Positions 60,810-64,000 of a DNA stretch of 64,000 bases are shown piece after piece; within the stretch, counting starts at the first letter, position 1; each line of letters begins with the position of its first letter. Origin of the DNA: Heteronotia binoei (lineage: Eukaryota); contig NC_083233.1 in assembly GCF_032191835.1 (NCBI RefSeq), positions 47,678,001 through 47,742,000 on the forward strand, written 5' to 3'. Made by a program: the position numbers and the translations under genes. Under the pieces are notes generated by a model that saw nothing but the letters and a program-made list of their open reading frames with translations, did not search any database and was not told the origin of the DNA.

Positions 60810-61224
60810 CTGGAAAAAACTTGTTGACCACCCCCGGACCGAAAGAGGTGAAGCTGCAATGCACCCGTAACCGGGCCTTCTCCTCTGCAGCCCCGAACCT
60901 ATGGAACCAACTTCCAGAGGAAATGCGGGCCCTGCGGGACCTTGAACAATTCCGCAGGGCCTGCAAGACCTTCCTCTTCCGACTGGCTTTCGCTGACGAA
61001 GAAAGAAATTGCTAATGATTACCGCCATATAAAAGCACAATTAGCATTAGCACTTTTATCAACTTAATTAAGTGATTTTAAACTTATCAGAATTTTTAAT
61101 GTTTAATGTTAATGTAACCTTGTCTTTTGTATAAGGGAAATTGAATGATGTTGTTAGCCGCCCTGAGCCTGCTCCGGCGGGGAGGGCGGGATATAAATAA
61201 AATTATCTATCTATCTATCTATCA
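60810..61224 (+). mobile_element. L2 LINE 3' end
   Basis: RAFSSAAPNLWNQLPEEMR...FRRACKTFLFRLAF; GTTAGCCGCCCTGAG...ATAAATAA tail with (TATC)n. Confidence 0.88.
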
Positions 61225-61509
61225 TCAGATGACCCCAGTCAGCAACAATTCTGCCCAGGGGTCATTTGGTTAAAAAAAAAAGGTACTGGAATGCCCACTC
61301 CCCACCCCTCCTGGCTGAAAAAAAACATCCCCACCTTCTTTGCCACCCAAGCCTCTCGGGGAAATCTCCCCAAAAGAACATACTGCAAGGCACATGAAAG
61401 CTCATACCTTGAAGAACACTTCATGGGTCTAAAGTGCCAGTGGACTCCAGCTTTTCTCTCAAACACTGGGAGGGGGGGTCGAAGGAAGGAGAGGCAGTCC
61501 AGCTCCTTT

Positions 61510-61651
61510 CTGCACAACACAGAGATGGGGTAAGGCAGGAAGCCAAATGGAGCTCAGGCTTTGCAGCCTGTGTCAGTCTTCAAGGCTAGCTTTTCACTGC
61601 ACAACACAGAGATGGGGGAAGGAAGTAAGCCAAACAGAGCTCAGGCTTTGC
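61510..61651 (+). repeat. Degenerate direct repeat (~55-bp unit, 87-bp period)
   Basis: CTGCACAACACAGAGATGGGG...GAGCTCAGGCTTTGC at 61510-61564 and 61597-61651. Confidence 0.8.
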
Positions 61652-61753
61652 TGAGGGTGGAGCTAGTTTTGGCTTTTCTTGTGACCCGATATTGAGGCTT
61701 CCATGGCTGGTACCGGGTCGTGACTCTGCAAATGGGAAACACCACCATATAGC

Positions 61754-62382
61754 ATACCATGCAGTAGTACAAATAATCACAGTAGTAATATTGCGTATAC
61801 AATGTAGTATCAGTCCTCAAATAATGGAAGTCCATGCAAAAAAGTAAAGTAACACAGTCTCTGTCTCTACGGAGATTCCTGTAGTCCACTCCAAATTAGC
61901 TTAACTGGCAATTGTTAAAATGAACCTCTCAGTTTCAGAGCCTGCCTTACTCAGAAGCTGATAAGAACACATTGATGGTTTCCTCATAACTTGCAGAATT
62001 AATCATTGTTGAGAGAAACACATATTGAAGTGTGTGATTTCTTCTAGGTGTGGCATTCTGAACAGAACGCAGAAGATTCGTTTTGCATGTAATACGCTAA
62101 GATGTTCCAACTTCAATGTGTGTTTCCCTCGACATTGATTAATTCTGCAGGTGATGAGGAAGCCATCAACGTGTTCTTAATCAGCTTGAGAAAGGCAAGC
62201 TTCGAAACTGACTCATTTTATTGATTGCCAGTAAACTGATCCAGAGAGGACTACAGGAATCTCTGTAGAGACAGACACCGTGTTACTTTCACTTTTTTGC
62301 TTGGACTTCCATTATTTGAGGATTGATAGTGCATTGTATATGCAACATTACTACTGTGATTATTTGCACTATTGCATGGTAT
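61754..62382. repeat. Long foldback element (~275-bp inverted arms, 78-bp spacer)
   Basis: 61754-62031 aligns with the reverse complement of 62110-62382 at roughly 85% identity (manual alignment). Confidence 0.92.
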
Positions 62383-62489
62383 CCACCTTGTAACTGATAA
62401 TTGTTAGTATTCTAATTATTTGCAGTGGTTTGTTTAATTTTCTGCCTACTGTAGCCCAGTTGTTATATTCTGGGCTTGGAGCAGGGGTC

Positions 62490-62585
62490 ACTGGGTATGG
62501 GGGAGGAAGTACTTCTGAATTTCCTGCATTGTGCAGGGGGTTGGACTAGATGACACTGGATGTCCCCTCCAACTCTATGATTTTA
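62490..62585 (+). mobile_element. CR1 3' end fragment, inverted relative to 63040-63110
   Basis: GGACTAGATGAC...CCAACTCTATGATT tail. Confidence 0.75.
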
Positions 62586-63039
62586 GGCAAGTAAGGTACT
62601 TCAAGTTCATCATCTCAACAAAGAGTTGTATTATCTTTTTGGAAAATGAAGTCACAGCAAACCTTGGTGCATAATTTTAGCAATGCTTGGGAAGGGGGAG
62701 GAGAAGTGTGAAGATTAAATGCCGTCTTCTCTGTGCTGGTAATCAGATTTCTTTTTTTATGGATTAGCTGCAGGACCTTGATTTGTTGGCTTGCAGTGTG
62801 CTTGCACAGGAGGGGAAGACAGTTTACAGTTTGATCACAGGTGATAAAAAGACCAGGTAGCCTAACGGAATCAAACATAACATTATCTCTGTAGCACAGA
62901 TCTAGGCTGCAGTACCCGGTAGCTTGCTGTGTCTCGGACCTGAGAAAAGTGGTTTGATGCTGGCTCCAGTGGCCTGTTCCACTTAATTTTATTTTATCCA
63001 TCTGTAAAATGGGAATATTATATTCAGGTTTTCCTCCTT

Positions 63040-63612
63040 AGAATCATAAAGTTGGAAGGGACCTCCAGGGTCATCTAGTCCAACACCCTGCACAATGCAG
63101 GAAATTCACAAATACTGCCCCCCCCCCAAAGTCACAGGATCTGCATTGCTGTCAGATGGCAATCCAGCCTCTGTTTAAAATCCTCCAAGGAAGAAAAGCC
63201 CACCACCTCCCGAGGAAACCTGTTCCACTAAGGAACCACTCTAACTGTCAGGAAGTTCTTCCTAATGTGGAGCCAGAAACTCTTTCGATTTAATTTCAAC
63301 CTGTTGGTTTTGGTCATACCTTCTGGGGCCACAGCAAACAATTCTGCACCATCCTCAATATGACAGCCCTTCAAGTATTTGAAGATGGTGATCATATCAC
63401 TTAGCTGCCTCCTCTCCAGACTAAACATGCCCAACTCCTTCAATCTTTCTTCATAGGACTTGGTCTCCAGATCCCTCACCATCTTTGTTGCCCTTCTCTG
63501 GACCTGTTCCAGCTTATCTATATCCTTCTTAAAATGTGGTGCCTAAAACTGGACACAGTATTTCAGATGAGGTCTTACCAGAGCAAAGTAAAGCGATACC
63601 ATCACTTCACGT
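63040..63612 (-). mobile_element. CR1 LINE 3' fragment
   Basis: YEERLKELGMFSLERRQL...KNFLTVRVV on -; tail TAGAATCATA. Confidence 0.9.
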
Positions 63613-64000
63613 GATGGTAGGTGCTGAATGTTAAGCACATCTTATAAATAAGACCAGTTCTTGGCAGAGGTTCTTCACACAGTTCCTCCCAGACTAGCAG
63701 ATACTCTTGTAAATGCCAGTTTTCAGTGCTGCAGGTGAAGTTGTAATGATATTGGCATTGTTAGTTTGACCTATACATCTGTGTCTTGGACAGAAGTGTG
63801 TGATCTCTGCAGAAATTGCTTTCTTGGTTAACCTTGAAACTTGCTTGGGGCTAATCCTTCCAGCACCATGTTGCTTAGAACCAACTGCCTCTGAAATTGT
63901 GAGGTTGGTGTCTTGTTCTGTACACAGATACTGGGTGTTTATCTCATTACATATACTACCCATCTTCCACTATATTTTAATGTATTCTTTTTTCTTATGG

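Overview
This is vertebrate genomic DNA from a squamate reptile, most likely a gecko (inferred from its SINE, BovB and CR1 repeat families). There are no prokaryotic features or CRISPR arrays. Three spliced genes could be fully reconstructed by hand. (1) A 374-aa TNIP/ABIN-family coiled-coil gene on + (5391-13321) with an AHD1-like motif and two tandem UBAN-like exons. (2) An intron-containing Rag GTPase gene on - (RRAGB-type locus encoding a 313-aa RagA-like protein; CDS 16495-20772) with a perfect CLEAR palindrome at its promoter. (3) A 112-aa RGCC-like paralog on + (26801-32868). An intact tRNA-Glu(TTC) lies between the divergent Rag and RGCC-like promoters. Further right are an orphan CpG-rich region with divergent CTCF-like sites (45.5-47.9 kb), a near-full-length decayed RTE-X-like LINE (47.9-52.6 kb), the CpG-island promoter of an unidentified + strand gene (54.2 kb) and a ~630-bp foldback element (61.75-62.38 kb). 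The rest is hAT MITEs, tRNA- and 5S-derived SINEs, and CR1, L2, BovB and Penelope fragments. All work was done by eye; family names and synteny statements come from recalled knowledge and need database confirmation.
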